Shown: positions 1 to 9,805, counted from the stretch's first letter. The stretch is DNA of 64,000 nucleotides from an uncultured Spirochaetales bacterium (GCA_934271365.1 CAKQRI010000002.1:63173-127172), one strand, 5' to 3'. Numbers and translations: made by a program. The notes: generated by a model not told the origin, from the sequence alone.

Positions 1-1
1 A

Positions 2-202
2 TATAAGACGGGTCTTGGCTATAAGATACTTGAAGAGGAGTTCAAGTTCGCTGATTTCAGGATTACGAAGACACCATCTGGCAGAGGCAATCAGCTTGTG
101 ACTAAGGAACTTGCAAGTCTTTCAATCAGACAGACAAAGGATACCAAGACAAGTGCAGAGTCAGCACCGACTCTGTTCGATGGAGTTAATGATGCTAAGT
201 AA
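2..202 (+). CDS. 3' end of an unidentified upstream gene (partial, enters from window start)
   Basis: Frame 2 is open from base 2 to TAA at 200-202 (66 codons: ...ITKTPSGRGNQLVTKELASL...FDGVNDAK*). It is absent from the ORF track because no start lies in the window. Its stop overlaps the start region of the next gene. Confidence 0.3.
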   Translation, partial: YKTGLGYKILEEEFKFADFRITKTPSGRGNQLVTKELASLSIRQTKDTKTSAESAPTLFDGVNDAK

Positions 203-884
203 AGACAGGATCCTTTATGAGGATAATCATCTGATTGTCATAAACAAAAGAGTAGGAGAGCTTGTGCAGGGCGACAGCACCGGCGATAGGACTCTTGCAG
301 ATGATGTCAAGGAATATCTTAAAGTCACATATAATAAGCCTGGCAATGTCTATTTAGGAATCCCTCATAGGCTGGATCGCCCTACATCTGGGATTGTAAT
401 CTATGCAAAGACAGAGAAGGCGCTTATCAGGCTGAATGAGATGTTCAAGGGAAGCGGTGTCAAGAAGACTTACTGGGCTATTGTTGACAGAAAACCAGAT
501 AAGGAAGAGGCAAGGCTTGTTCACTATATTGTCAGGAATACTGAGAATAATAAGAGCATTGCATACTCTATTGAGAAGAAGGGAAGCAAGGTCGCAAAGC
601 TTGATTACCGCCTATTAGCGTCAGGTGATAATTATCATCTTCTTGAAATTGATCTGCATACCGGACGTCATCATCAGATCCGGGCACAGCTTGCAGCTAT
701 AGGCCTTCATATAAAAGGGGATCTTAAATATGGAGCTGCCCGTTCTAATCCTGATGGCGGAATATGTCTCCATGCTAGGAAGGTTGTATTTACGCATCCA
801 GTGAAAAAAGAGGAGGTAACTATAATCGCTCCTCCTCCTAAAGATGCTCTATGGAGCTATTTCCTAGATGAAATAGGATGCTAA
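180..884 (+). CDS. RluA-family pseudouridine synthase
   Basis: HRLDRPTSG catalytic-Asp motif, NKRVGELVQ and TGRHHQIRAQLA motifs. ATG at 180; alternates at 189/192 follow a GGAG. The TTG at 111 in the track is unlikely. Confidence 0.85.
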   Translation: MELMMLSKDRILYEDNHLIVINKRVGELVQGDSTGDRTLADDVKEYLKVTYNKPGNVYLGIPHRLDRPTSGIVIYAKTEKALIRLNEMFKGSGVKKTYWAIVDRKPDKEEARLVHYIVRNTENNKSIAYSIEKKGSKVAKLDYRLLASGDNYHLLEIDLHTGRHHQIRAQLAAIGLHIKGDLKYGAARSNPDGGICLHARKVVFTHPVKKEEVTIIAPPPKDALWSYFLDEIGC

Positions 885-900
885 GCTTATAAGATGGCTA

Positions 901-2082
901 TTATCTGGCCATCTTATATATTGCTTTCATATCTTCCTTATTAAGGGCTTTTATGCTTCCAACTGTTCTTGTCCCTGAAAAGGAGCATTTCTCAGCAAGC
1001 TCAGCAATCTCTTCTTCTGATGGGCTGATTCCAAGCTCTTTCATGGATATTGGCATATTTATTGAATGGAAATACTCTTCCATATGCTCAATTGCTGCAA
1101 TAGCATCCGCTCTGTCATTTCCTGTTGGTTCAATGCTGAATACCTTGGAGCCTAGTGTGATGAATCTCTCATAGTCTGCATCCATTACATAACGTGCCCA
1201 GCTTCCCCATATTGCAGAAAGCCCTGCACCATGTGCAACATCAAACATCCCAGATAGTTCATGTTCCATCTGATGGCATGCCCAGTCTCCTCTGATATCG
1301 TTTCCTGTGTTCATAAGGCCATTATGTGAAAGTGATCCAGCCCACATCAGAGATGCACGTGCTGTATAATCATCAGGACTCTTCAGTGCTTTCAGTCCAT
1401 TTTCCATGACGTTTCTTATAAGTGCTGCAGATAGATCATCTGTAATAGGCAGCGTATATCCCTGATGGAAGAATCTTTCAAGCGTATGCATCATTATATC
1501 TGCTGTTCCAGAGCCTGTCTGATATGGAGATACACTATATGTCAGCTCCGGATTCAGCAGTGAGAATATAGGTCTTGAATAATCAGAATTGCATCCTCTC
1601 TTGAGATTTCCATCCTCATTGGTTATCACAGAGCTATCACTCATCTCTGATCCAGTTGCCGATAGTGTCAGTATTGTCGCAACTGGCATACAGCCATTAG
1701 GTACTCTCTTCTTAGTGTAGAAATCCCATACATCTCCGCTATTGAAGACTCCGTATCCGATTGCCTTTGCACTGTCAATCACAGATCCTCCACCTACTGC
1801 AAGCACAGCTTCTAGACTGTTCTCTTTGCATAGTCTTATGCCTTCTCTTACTAAGGAAAGCCTTGGATTCGGAACGACTCCACCAAGCTCTATGAATTCA
1901 ATGCTATTCTCTTTCAGTTTGCTCTCCACTCTTTCCAGAAGCCCGCTTCTCTTTACAGAGCCGCTTCCGAAGTGCAGTAATATATGTGTAAGGCCTCTTT
2001 CTTTCAGCAGCCTTCCAGCTTCAAGCTCCGCTCCTTTTCCGAAATAAACATGTGTTGGTGTGAAATACTCCGTCAATGCCAT
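901..2082 (-). CDS. Iron-containing (group III) alcohol dehydrogenase, butanol-dehydrogenase/YqhD-like
   Basis: GGGSVIDSAKAIG nucleotide/metal motif and His-rich metal site (CHQMEHELSG...AHGAGLSAIW). 393 aa is typical of the family. Confidence 0.85.
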   Translation of the reverse strand: MALTEYFTPTHVYFGKGAELEAGRLLKERGLTHILLHFGSGSVKRSGLLERVESKLKENSIEFIELGGVVPNPRLSLVREGIRLCKENSLEAVLAVGGGSVIDSAKAIGYGVFNSGDVWDFYTKKRVPNGCMPVATILTLSATGSEMSDSSVITNEDGNLKRGCNSDYSRPIFSLLNPELTYSVSPYQTGSGTADIMMHTLERFFHQGYTLPITDDLSAALIRNVMENGLKALKSPDDYTARASLMWAGSLSHNGLMNTGNDIRGDWACHQMEHELSGMFDVAHGAGLSAIWGSWARYVMDADYERFITLGSKVFSIEPTGNDRADAIAAIEHMEEYFHSINMPISMKELGISPSEEEIAELAEKCSFSGTRTVGSIKALNKEDMKAIYKMAR

Positions 2083-5003
2083 TATCTGTCCTCCATGATA
2101 ACTGCCTTGCCAGTAAGGCCATTTGCTTTTATGATTAGGTTCTTTTCTGCTCTGACATGCAGAAAATGCTTAGTCTCTTCTATTTTATCCAGCTTCGCTA
2201 TCTTTTCATATGAGAAAATGCCGTCTGAGTATGTCGGGTTTATTGTGAGATACAGACAGCCGAGGCTTGTCATATTCTGGAAGAAATGAGTGCCTTCACT
2301 TGGTTCTGCCTGAAGTTCTTCAAGCCCTGTTTCAACAATTACATGTGCTTTTGAAATCTGTGACCAGGTACATGGAATACCTAGCCATGGGTCTGATGAG
2401 CCAAGACGGCCTGCAGCAATCAGGACATAGAGGTTCTCTTCCTTTCTATTCAGGGCATCAAGCTCTTCTGCCATCTCTCTCATTTCAGAGGCTCTGAATG
2501 CTTCAGGCTTTATAGTGATAATGTCCCTGATCTCTTCTGCATATCCATTCCCCATTACCTTATTAGAGTAGATCAGCGCCCTCTCTTTATCTTTTTCTGT
2601 GATTGCTACATCTGCAAACTGAGCTGAACCTGATATTGGTCTGATCTGCAGGATTGAGAAGTCGGGCTTCTTCTCAAGGCTTCTTTCGATATTGACTGCA
2701 AACTCGATTTCAACAGGCTCGTTCATAGCTTCGGATCCGAGTTTGAGAACATCATCTACAATCGGAGCCAGGGGTAGCATGTCATATTTCAGGATGCCGT
2801 TGAATGTAAGGATCCTCAATCCTTCCCCTCTGACTGATTCACTCATCATTCCTGTGCTCTGATCCAGTGTTGATGCTATTCCTTTCATCGACTTTGGAAA
2901 GCTGTCTGCCCATTCAAGAGGCAGTGAAACCAGATTGTCTGAATCAGACAGAGGGCAGAATGGCTTTGACATGTCAAGGGCATAGAACAGTCTCTGCTCA
3001 GAGCCTTCGCCAGATAGATTATTGCATGGCTTATGCGGTTTTGCTGGGCAGAATCTGAATGCAGTGCCTTCGTCGACGATCATTTTCCCGAATCCGAAAG
3101 ACAGCATTCCTACGCCATCTTCAGCTTTCATCCCATCTGTAGGATAGTAGTTCAGGCTTCTTGCAACTCCGGATATGTTAGGAAACCACATGTTCCCATG
3201 TGCGCTTCCTGTCACCTGCTGTATGATCACTGCCATCTTCTCTTCCTCGAGAGAATGTCCTGTTCTTTTCAGATATTCCTTAGCACATTCAAAATAAGTG
3301 CTTGCCCAGACAGTCTTAACAGCATCGGAGAGCTCCTTCAGCCTTTCTTCCTCATTTCCATTGTTAGGGATCATAGATGTCTGATATACACCAGCAAAAG
3401 GCTGGAAATGGCTGTCCTCTAAAAGCGAAGAGGATCTGACTGAAATAGGTACCTTTATTATCCTGAGAATATATTCAAGGTCATTCTCAAGCTCTGCCGG
3501 AAGCTTTGATGAGAGGAAGATCTTCAGGATTTCACTATCATCAAGATCTGTGAATTCAAGATTCTCAAGGTGATTGAGCAGCAGGAATTTATCAAAAAGC
3601 TCAGTTGTTATCACGACAGTTCTTGGAATAGATAGGTATACTTCCTTATACTTATCATGGATTCTGTTGGCTTTCATCTCCATTGCAATGAAAGCCAGCC
3701 CTCTTCCTTTTCCTCCAAGGCTTCCTTTTCCGATTCTAGAGAAGAACAGCGTCTCATCATAGTTGTCTGGGCTGAATTCAGCTATAGTGCCTCTTGTCCT
3801 TTCTGCTCTGTATGCCTTTATCGTGTCATACAAGAGTACTCTGACCTCTTCTGCAGAAGAGAAGCTTGATAGCTTAATAGGCTTTATTCTTGCAGCAAGG
3901 GTATATAGAGACTGGCTTCTGAGCCATCTTGAGAAGTCATTTCTCTGACAGTGGTAGATAAATGAATCAATAGGAAGAGATAGCAGTCCTTCCTGGAGCT
4001 CCTTCATGGTTCTTGCTTTTTTTACAGTAGCGCCTGTCTTTGGATCTTTGAACAGAAATGGTCCGAAGTTATATTCCCTGAGAAAATGGCTTTCAAGCTC
4101 TAAAAGCATCGTGTCTGATTCCTTCCATATGAAATCAGCTCCTAATGCCCTTGCATTTATCTCATGTTTCCTATCTGTAGACTGAATAAGGATAGGGCAT
4201 TCTGCATTGTCAAGGTGTATTCTTTCTGCAAATCTGAGTCCTGAGCCTTCATTTCCCCAAGGAGATGGATATGATACATCTGTTATTATCCCGAGTATGT
4301 TGCTTTTGTAGTTGTTATAAAGCTCCATCGCCTCATCATAGTTCTTTGCAAGGACAATCTTTGGCCTGCCACGCATTCTGAGTGTTTTTCCCCATTCATT
4401 GAGGCCCTCTAGAATTGAAGCCCTTGTCTGATGGATCAGCTCTGTATACATCTGAGGCAGGAATGTTGAGATGAATCTTATTGAGTCTTCAACGAATATT
4501 ATCACCTGTACATCAGCTTCATCTGTGTCGTGGTTGATATTCATCCTGTCTTCGACAAGCTTTACCATCGCCATGAAGAGATTCGGATTGCCCTGCCAGT
4601 AGAATAAGTAATCAATATATGGGCAGTTCTCTCCTTTCAGCTCCCGCACTTTTCTATGGTCAGGAGAGGGAGAGAGTGCAACGACAGGCATTTCCGGAGA
4701 GAGGTCCTTTACTGCTTTTGCGAGTCCTTCAACTCTGTCTGAGCCAAGATCAAGCATTGTTATTACAAGATCGAACTTCAGACGCTGCAGCAGGATAAGT
4801 GCTTGCTCTTCATTGTTGGTGTGGGTTATCTTAGGAGGATTTGAAAGTCCGAGTGCCGTATATTCTTTATACAGCTCTTCTTCGACTCTTCCATCTTCTT
4901 CAAGCATGAATCTGTCATAATCAGAGCAGATCAGAAGCACATTGTATACATGTTTCTGCATCAGGTTTGCAAAGGGAAGCCAGGTTGAATCGAGAAGATA
5001 CAT
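2082..5003 (-). CDS. Response-regulator receiver (x2) fused to a PEP-synthase/PPDK-type ATP-grasp (PEP/pyruvate-binding) domain; substrate unknown
   Basis: N-terminal CheY-like segments (VYNVLLICSDYD...DLVITMLDL; VQVIIFVEDSIRF...LGIITDVSYP). Central GKGSLGGKGRGLAF...ISVRSSSLLEDS...FAGVYQT...MAVIIQQV matches the PPDK_N signature. I prefer the start at ATG 5001-5003, which has AGGAG 7 nt upstream, over the track start at 5069. The stop overlaps the ADH start (TAATG). Confidence 0.75.
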   Translation of the reverse strand: MYLLDSTWLPFANLMQKHVYNVLLICSDYDRFMLEEDGRVEEELYKEYTALGLSNPPKITHTNNEEQALILLQRLKFDLVITMLDLGSDRVEGLAKAVKDLSPEMPVVALSPSPDHRKVRELKGENCPYIDYLFYWQGNPNLFMAMVKLVEDRMNINHDTDEADVQVIIFVEDSIRFISTFLPQMYTELIHQTRASILEGLNEWGKTLRMRGRPKIVLAKNYDEAMELYNNYKSNILGIITDVSYPSPWGNEGSGLRFAERIHLDNAECPILIQSTDRKHEINARALGADFIWKESDTMLLELESHFLREYNFGPFLFKDPKTGATVKKARTMKELQEGLLSLPIDSFIYHCQRNDFSRWLRSQSLYTLAARIKPIKLSSFSSAEEVRVLLYDTIKAYRAERTRGTIAEFSPDNYDETLFFSRIGKGSLGGKGRGLAFIAMEMKANRIHDKYKEVYLSIPRTVVITTELFDKFLLLNHLENLEFTDLDDSEILKIFLSSKLPAELENDLEYILRIIKVPISVRSSSLLEDSHFQPFAGVYQTSMIPNNGNEEERLKELSDAVKTVWASTYFECAKEYLKRTGHSLEEEKMAVIIQQVTGSAHGNMWFPNISGVARSLNYYPTDGMKAEDGVGMLSFGFGKMIVDEGTAFRFCPAKPHKPCNNLSGEGSEQRLFYALDMSKPFCPLSDSDNLVSLPLEWADSFPKSMKGIASTLDQSTGMMSESVRGEGLRILTFNGILKYDMLPLAPIVDDVLKLGSEAMNEPVEIEFAVNIERSLEKKPDFSILQIRPISGSAQFADVAITEKDKERALIYSNKVMGNGYAEEIRDIITIKPEAFRASEMREMAEELDALNRKEENLYVLIAAGRLGSSDPWLGIPCTWSQISKAHVIVETGLEELQAEPSEGTHFFQNMTSLGCLYLTINPTYSDGIFSYEKIAKLDKIEETKHFLHVRAEKNLIIKANGLTGKAVIMEDR

Positions 5004-5005
5004 AG

Positions 5006-5194
5006 CTAACTCCTGATTCTTATGATAGCAAGGATGATGGTTCCTGTTCCACTGATCAGTGCAATCCATCCAAGTGCTGTGAACACAGCATCAGGAAGCG
5101 GAATCAATATGATAAGAGAGAATAATATTAATAGTGAAAATGCAAAAATCGCTGTCACTGATTTATTTAATATTGATAGAGCTTTTTCTTTCAT
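5006..5194 (-). CDS. Small two-TM membrane protein (62 aa from the ATG; 74 aa if TTG 5230)
   Basis: Two hydrophobic helices (AIFAFSLLILFSLIILIPL, ALGWIALISGTGTIILAII). The TAG stop at 5006-5008 lies 2 nt before the start of the next gene. No clear SD. Confidence 0.4.
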   Translation of the reverse strand: MKEKALSILNKSVTAIFAFSLLILFSLIILIPLPDAVFTALGWIALISGTGTIILAIIRIRS

Positions 5195-5231
5195 AGTATC
5201 GATTATATGCCGATAAAAAGCGGTTATCAAT

Positions 5232-5266
5232 AAAACTGAAATCTATAAATTTTCAATTTCAGTTTT
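5232..5266. promoter_or_regulatory. Perfect 11-bp inverted repeat (AAAACTGAAAT N13 ATTTCAGTTTT) in the divergent region upstream of gdhA
   Basis: Read directly: arms at 5232-5242 and 5256-5266. A tandem ATGTAAAGAA repeat follows at 5331-5340 and 5342-5351. Confidence 0.4.
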
Positions 5267-5408
5267 TTAAGTATAAGGTAATTTAGTTTTGTAAAGTTAA
5301 TGGAAAAATAATTAATGCGAGTTCTTTTTTATGTAAAGAATATGTAAAGAAAATATTTGACGGCTTTGGAAAGTGGTAATAACCTGTAAATGAAAAAAGG
5401 AGTTTATC

Positions 5409-6746
5409 ATGTACGATCTTGATACATTTATGGCTGAGCTGGAAAAGAAGAATCCGGCAGAGCCAGAGTTCATCCAGGCAGCGAGGGAAGTAGTTGCATC
5501 TGTTATTGATGTTGTAAACGAGAACCCAGTTTATCTTAAGAATAAGATTCTTGAGAGAATAACAGAACCAGATAGAGTTATTTCATTTAAAGTCGAATGG
5601 GAAGATGATGAGGGGAATATCCAGGTCAACCGTGGCTATAGAGTACAGTTCAACAATGCAATCGGACCATATAAGGGAGGTCTTAGATTCCATGCTTCTG
5701 TTACTCAGGGTACACTTAAGTTCCTCGGCTTTGAGCAGACATTCAAGAATTCACTGACAACTCTTCCTATGGGAGGTGGTAAGGGTGGCAGTGATTTCTC
5801 ACCAAAAGGCAAGAGCGATGCTGAGATCCTGCGCTTCTGCAGATCTTTCATGACAGAGCTTCAGAAGTATATAGGACCAGATACTGATGTACCTGCAGGT
5901 GATATCGGAGTAGGCGCAAGAGAGATAGGATTCCTCTATGGTCAGTACAAGAGGATAAGAGGTGAGAATACTGGTGTTCTTACAGGTAAAGGCCTCAACT
6001 TCGGAGGATCTAAGGTAAGACCAGAGGCAACAGGCTATGGTACGATGTACTTTGCAAAGGACATGCTTGAGGCAGCTGGAGATGATATCAAGGGAAAGAC
6101 AATAGCTATCTCAGGTTTCGGAAATGTTGCTTGGGGAGCAGCTGTTAAGGCATCTCAGCTTGGAGCTAAGGTAGTTACAATCTCAGGTCCTGATGGTTAT
6201 ATTTACGATGAGGAAGGAATCAATACTCAGGAAAAGTGGGATTACATGCTTCAGCTCAGAGCTTCAAACAACGATGTAGTTAAGCCATATGCCGATAAAT
6301 TCAATGCTAAATTCATTCCAGGAAAGAAGCCTTGGGAGGCAAAGGTTGATATGGCATTCCCATGTGCTATCCAGAATGAGCTCAATGGTGATGATGCAAG
6401 GATGCTTATCGCTAATGGTGTTAAGTATGTTGTTGAAACATCTAATATGGGATGCACAATGGAAGCTGTAGAGGTTCTCCAGAAAGCAAGAGTTGGTTTT
6501 GCACCTGGAAAGGCTGCTAATGCTGGCGGTGTTGCTGTATCTGGCTTGGAAATGACTCAGAATGCGTGCCATCTGCCTTGGACAGCAAAGGAAGTAGACG
6601 AAAAGCTGCAGACAATCATGTCTTCTATCCATTCTGCATGTATTAAGGAAGGAAAGGAAGCTGATGGTTATATTAACTATGTTAAGGGTGCTAATATCGC
6701 AGGCTTCAAGAAAGTCGCAGATGCAATGTGCCAGCTAGGCTATTGA
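5409..6746 (+). CDS. gdhA: NADP-specific glutamate dehydrogenase
   Basis: KGGLRFH, PMGGGKGGSDF (catalytic Lys loop) and GFGNVAWGAA Rossmann motif. AGGAG SD lies upstream. 445 aa. Confidence 0.95.
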   Translation: MYDLDTFMAELEKKNPAEPEFIQAAREVVASVIDVVNENPVYLKNKILERITEPDRVISFKVEWEDDEGNIQVNRGYRVQFNNAIGPYKGGLRFHASVTQGTLKFLGFEQTFKNSLTTLPMGGGKGGSDFSPKGKSDAEILRFCRSFMTELQKYIGPDTDVPAGDIGVGAREIGFLYGQYKRIRGENTGVLTGKGLNFGGSKVRPEATGYGTMYFAKDMLEAAGDDIKGKTIAISGFGNVAWGAAVKASQLGAKVVTISGPDGYIYDEEGINTQEKWDYMLQLRASNNDVVKPYADKFNAKFIPGKKPWEAKVDMAFPCAIQNELNGDDARMLIANGVKYVVETSNMGCTMEAVEVLQKARVGFAPGKAANAGGVAVSGLEMTQNACHLPWTAKEVDEKLQTIMSSIHSACIKEGKEADGYINYVKGANIAGFKKVADAMCQLGY

Positions 6747-6763
6747 TTAAGGGCTTATGCATA

Positions 6764-6791
6764 GAGGAGAGCTCCGGCTCTCCTTTTTTTA
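6764..6791 (+). terminator. Rho-independent terminator after gdhA
   Basis: AGGAGAGC-TCCG-GCTCTCCT hairpin followed by a T7 run. Confidence 0.8.
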
Positions 6792-6830
6792 TTGCTTATG
6801 CATTTTCTCCTATGATGCTGTTGCTGTATT

Positions 6831-7994
6831 ATGATTTATAGTGGACTCGGAAAAAGCTTCTATGCAGTTGTGACAGCAAGATTTGTGAATCGCTTCGGTG
6901 ATTTTGTACGGTTTCTGCTTGTTCTCTTTCTCTCAATAAAGCTTGGGCTTTCTGATAAAGCAGTAGGCCTTGTCAGTACCCTGGTTTTTGCATTCACTTT
7001 TTCAGGACAGGCTTTATCTGCATTCCTTTCAGATAGGATTTCACGTTCCTCTCTTCTTCCTCTCTTTCAGTTTCTTATTGCTGTATGCTATCTTCTGGTT
7101 CTGCCATTTATGGGGAAGAGCAATATAGCTGTAATCTCGCTTATCTTATTATCATCTGTCTTCAGAGGGGCTGCTTTTCCTATTACGAATGCGCTTGTAT
7201 CTGACCTTGTAACCGAAGATAGGCGAGGAGAGGCTTATTCTCTTCTCTACCTTGTGACTAATATCTGAGTTGCCTCCGGAAGCATAATTGCAGGTCTTTT
7301 ATTTAAGTCTCTTAATCTTCTATTCATCATTTCAGCCATTATGCTTTTATCTGATGCTCTTATCATAAAGCTATTTGTTCCATATATAGAACCTGTAAGG
7401 AATATGAGCGAGAAGAATCGAAAGAATGATAGCCGATTCTTTTTCTTTATTCTGCTGTTATCATTCATCGGCTTCTTTTATAATTTCATGTATCAGAGCG
7501 CTTTTTTTGTTCTGCCACTTGAGATTAAAATCATATATGGCGATGAGCTTGGACCTTCCTACTATTCATATATTTCAATGATCAATGCCCTCTCTGTCAT
7601 AATGCTCACATCCTTAATTACAATGCTGACATCAAAGAAGCGTCCGATAATGAATATCGTTGCAGCTATGATGTTATATTCATTAGGCCTTTTCCTGTTC
7701 TTCTTTTCATATAATATGCCATTCTTTGCATTCTCTATGATCATATGGACCTCTGGAGAGATATTGATGGCTACTAATATAAATGCATATCTCAATAATA
7801 ATGTGCCAGATAGAAGCAGGGGATTCTTCAATTCAGTATATCTCGGCCTGGAATCTCTTGGAGGAGCAGCAGCTCCTGCTGCAGCTGGTCTGGTTCTCTC
7901 TTTCAGCGGATATAACCCGGTATGGATATTCCTGTCATTGCTATCACTTCTGATTGCCTTTTCTTATTACATGCTTGGAAATCATTATGTGTAA
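6831..7994 (+). pseudogene. MFS transporter interrupted by one in-frame TGA (7266-7268)
   Basis: ORFs 6831-7268 and 7341-7994 share a frame. The sequence between them still reads as a TM helix (VASGSIIAGLLFKSLNLLFIISAI). The combined length of about 388 aa with about 12 hydrophobic segments is typical of MFS. Confidence 0.7.
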
Positions 7995-8083
7995 AGATCA
8001 TGTTAATTCTGCTGAATTTTGAAAAAATAGGCTGTAATAGGATATTCTTATTGACCGTTGTCAGATGGTAGTATTTTTCATAT

Positions 8084-9502
8084 ATGAGAAAAACTAAGAT
8101 TATTTGCACAATGGGACCAGCTGTAGAGAGTGAGGATAAGATCAGGGAGCTTATCATGGCAGGAATGGATGCTGCGCGCTTCAATTTCTCCCACGGCACT
8201 CACGATGAGCATAAGAAGAGGATTGATCTTGTTAAGAAGGTCGCATCAGAGATGGGCGTGCCTATTGCTATCATACTTGATACCAAAGGTCCTGAAATCA
8301 GAGTAAGAGACTTCGAGAATGGCTATGCTGATTTAGTGAAAGGCCAGGAGTTTATCCTTTATAAGGATTCAGATCTTGTTGGAAATGAGAAAGGAGTCGG
8401 AATCACATATCCATATCTTTCTGAAGATATAGATAAAGGTGTAAGGATCCTTATTGATGATGGCCTGGTATCTATGTCTGTTAAGGACGTAAGGGATGGA
8501 AATATCATATGCATCGTAGAGAATCCAGGAAGGATAAAGAACAGGAAGTCCATAAATATCCCAGGTGTAGACATTGATCAGGTATTCATTTCAGATTCAG
8601 ATAGAAAGGATATCCTATTCGGTATAGAGCAGGATGTGGATTTCATTGCAGCTTCATTTGTAAGAAGCCAGGATGATGTTAAGAAACTCAGAAAGCTTCT
8701 GAATGTCAATGGTGGTGGAAGGATAAAGATAATTGCAAAGATAGAGAATGAGTCAGGAATAAGAAACCTCGATAAGATCCTCGATATTGCTGATGGTGCA
8801 ATGGTTGCACGTGGTGATATGGGAGTTGAGATTCCTTTCGACCAGCTTCCTGCTATCCAGAAGAATATAATAAAGACATGTTATAGAAAGGGCAGGATTG
8901 TAGTTACAGCAACGCAGATGCTAGAGAGCATGACAGAGCATCCAAGACCGACTAGGGCAGAGGTTTCTGATGTTGCTAATGCAATATATGATGGCACGAC
9001 AGCTACGATGCTCTCAGGCGAGACAGCAGCAGGCAAATATCCTGTTGAAGCTGTCAAGGCTATGGCTGCAATTGCAGAATATACAGAGAATCAGATAAAT
9101 TATCAGGATAGATATCTTAAGAATAACCTTAAACTCCAGCAGGATATTGTTAATACTATTACAAGCGCTTCTGTTGAGGCTTCATTCTTCCTTAAAGCTA
9201 AATCAATCGTTGTTGGCACTGTGACAGGAAGAACTGCCCACATTGCATCCTACTATCGTCCAAGTGTTCCTATCATTGCTGGATGCACTGATGAGAAGGC
9301 AGCAAGGCAGCTGAAGCTTGATTATGGTGTTTATCCATTTCATGCTGAGCTTACAGATGACAGAGATGATATGAAGCAGCAGGCTCTGGATATAGCTCTT
9401 CGTTCAAAGCTTGTGGAAAAGGGTGATCTTATTGTGCTTATCTGTGGTTCTCTTACCGGTGGAATGAGTTCCAGTGACACAATGATTATTGCAAAAGCCT
9501 GA
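8084..9502 (+). CDS. pyk: Pyruvate kinase
   Basis: MRKTKIICTMGPA N-terminus, ILDTKGPEIR, MVARGDMGVEIP and ATQMLESM motifs. Confidence 0.95.
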   Translation: MRKTKIICTMGPAVESEDKIRELIMAGMDAARFNFSHGTHDEHKKRIDLVKKVASEMGVPIAIILDTKGPEIRVRDFENGYADLVKGQEFILYKDSDLVGNEKGVGITYPYLSEDIDKGVRILIDDGLVSMSVKDVRDGNIICIVENPGRIKNRKSINIPGVDIDQVFISDSDRKDILFGIEQDVDFIAASFVRSQDDVKKLRKLLNVNGGGRIKIIAKIENESGIRNLDKILDIADGAMVARGDMGVEIPFDQLPAIQKNIIKTCYRKGRIVVTATQMLESMTEHPRPTRAEVSDVANAIYDGTTATMLSGETAAGKYPVEAVKAMAAIAEYTENQINYQDRYLKNNLKLQQDIVNTITSASVEASFFLKAKSIVVGTVTGRTAHIASYYRPSVPIIAGCTDEKAARQLKLDYGVYPFHAELTDDRDDMKQQALDIALRSKLVEKGDLIVLICGSLTGGMSSSDTMIIAKA

Positions 9503-9569
9503 AAAAGACATTTTGCATAAGGCCTGTATCGGGGTATCATATAAGCGTTGGGAGAAAGGAGTGTGTATT

Positions 9570-9782
9570 ATGGGAAAGCTGATTAAAAAGAATATAGGCT
9601 TCTTTTCATGTCTTATAGTCATAGGTGTAGTTCTTTTTGCTTTGTCTTCTTTTATATCAGGCTCTGCTGTTAAGGACTTCATCTCAGGGCTCTTTGTTGG
9701 GATTGGAATAGGCCTTGTATTAATTGGCCTGATATTTCTTATCCGTGAGATTTTCATCATGGTTAAGGCTAGAAAGAGCTGA
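9570..9782 (+). CDS. Small membrane protein (70 aa, 2 TM)
   Basis: ATG at 9570 follows a GGAG-containing stretch (GGAGAAAGGAG). Two hydrophobic helices. The longer track ORF (9489) overlaps the pyk 3' end. Confidence 0.5.
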   Translation: MGKLIKKNIGFFSCLIVIGVVLFALSSFISGSAVKDFISGLFVGIGIGLVLIGLIFLIREIFIMVKARKS

Positions 9783-9805
9783 TGCTCCGTGAGCATATTT
9801 TCTCT

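Noticed and set aside
5004-5069. Extended N-termini given by the ORF track for several genes (5069, 10091, 17789, 18661, 18670, 19344, 29261, 41084, 53900, 55580, 59753, 60878)
   Set aside because: In each case an internal ATG with a properly spaced SD matches the family's usual N-terminus and removes implausible overlaps with the neighbouring gene.
7266-7268. TGA recoding (genetic code 4 or 25, or selenocysteine) as an explanation for the in-frame stop in the MFS gene
   Set aside because: TGA clearly terminates well-conserved genes in this window: gdhA at 6744-6746, slyX at 39083-39085 and the ABC ATPase at 22880-22882. I see no SECIS-like hairpin immediately downstream, and the expected residue is Gly in a transporter, not Cys or Sec.
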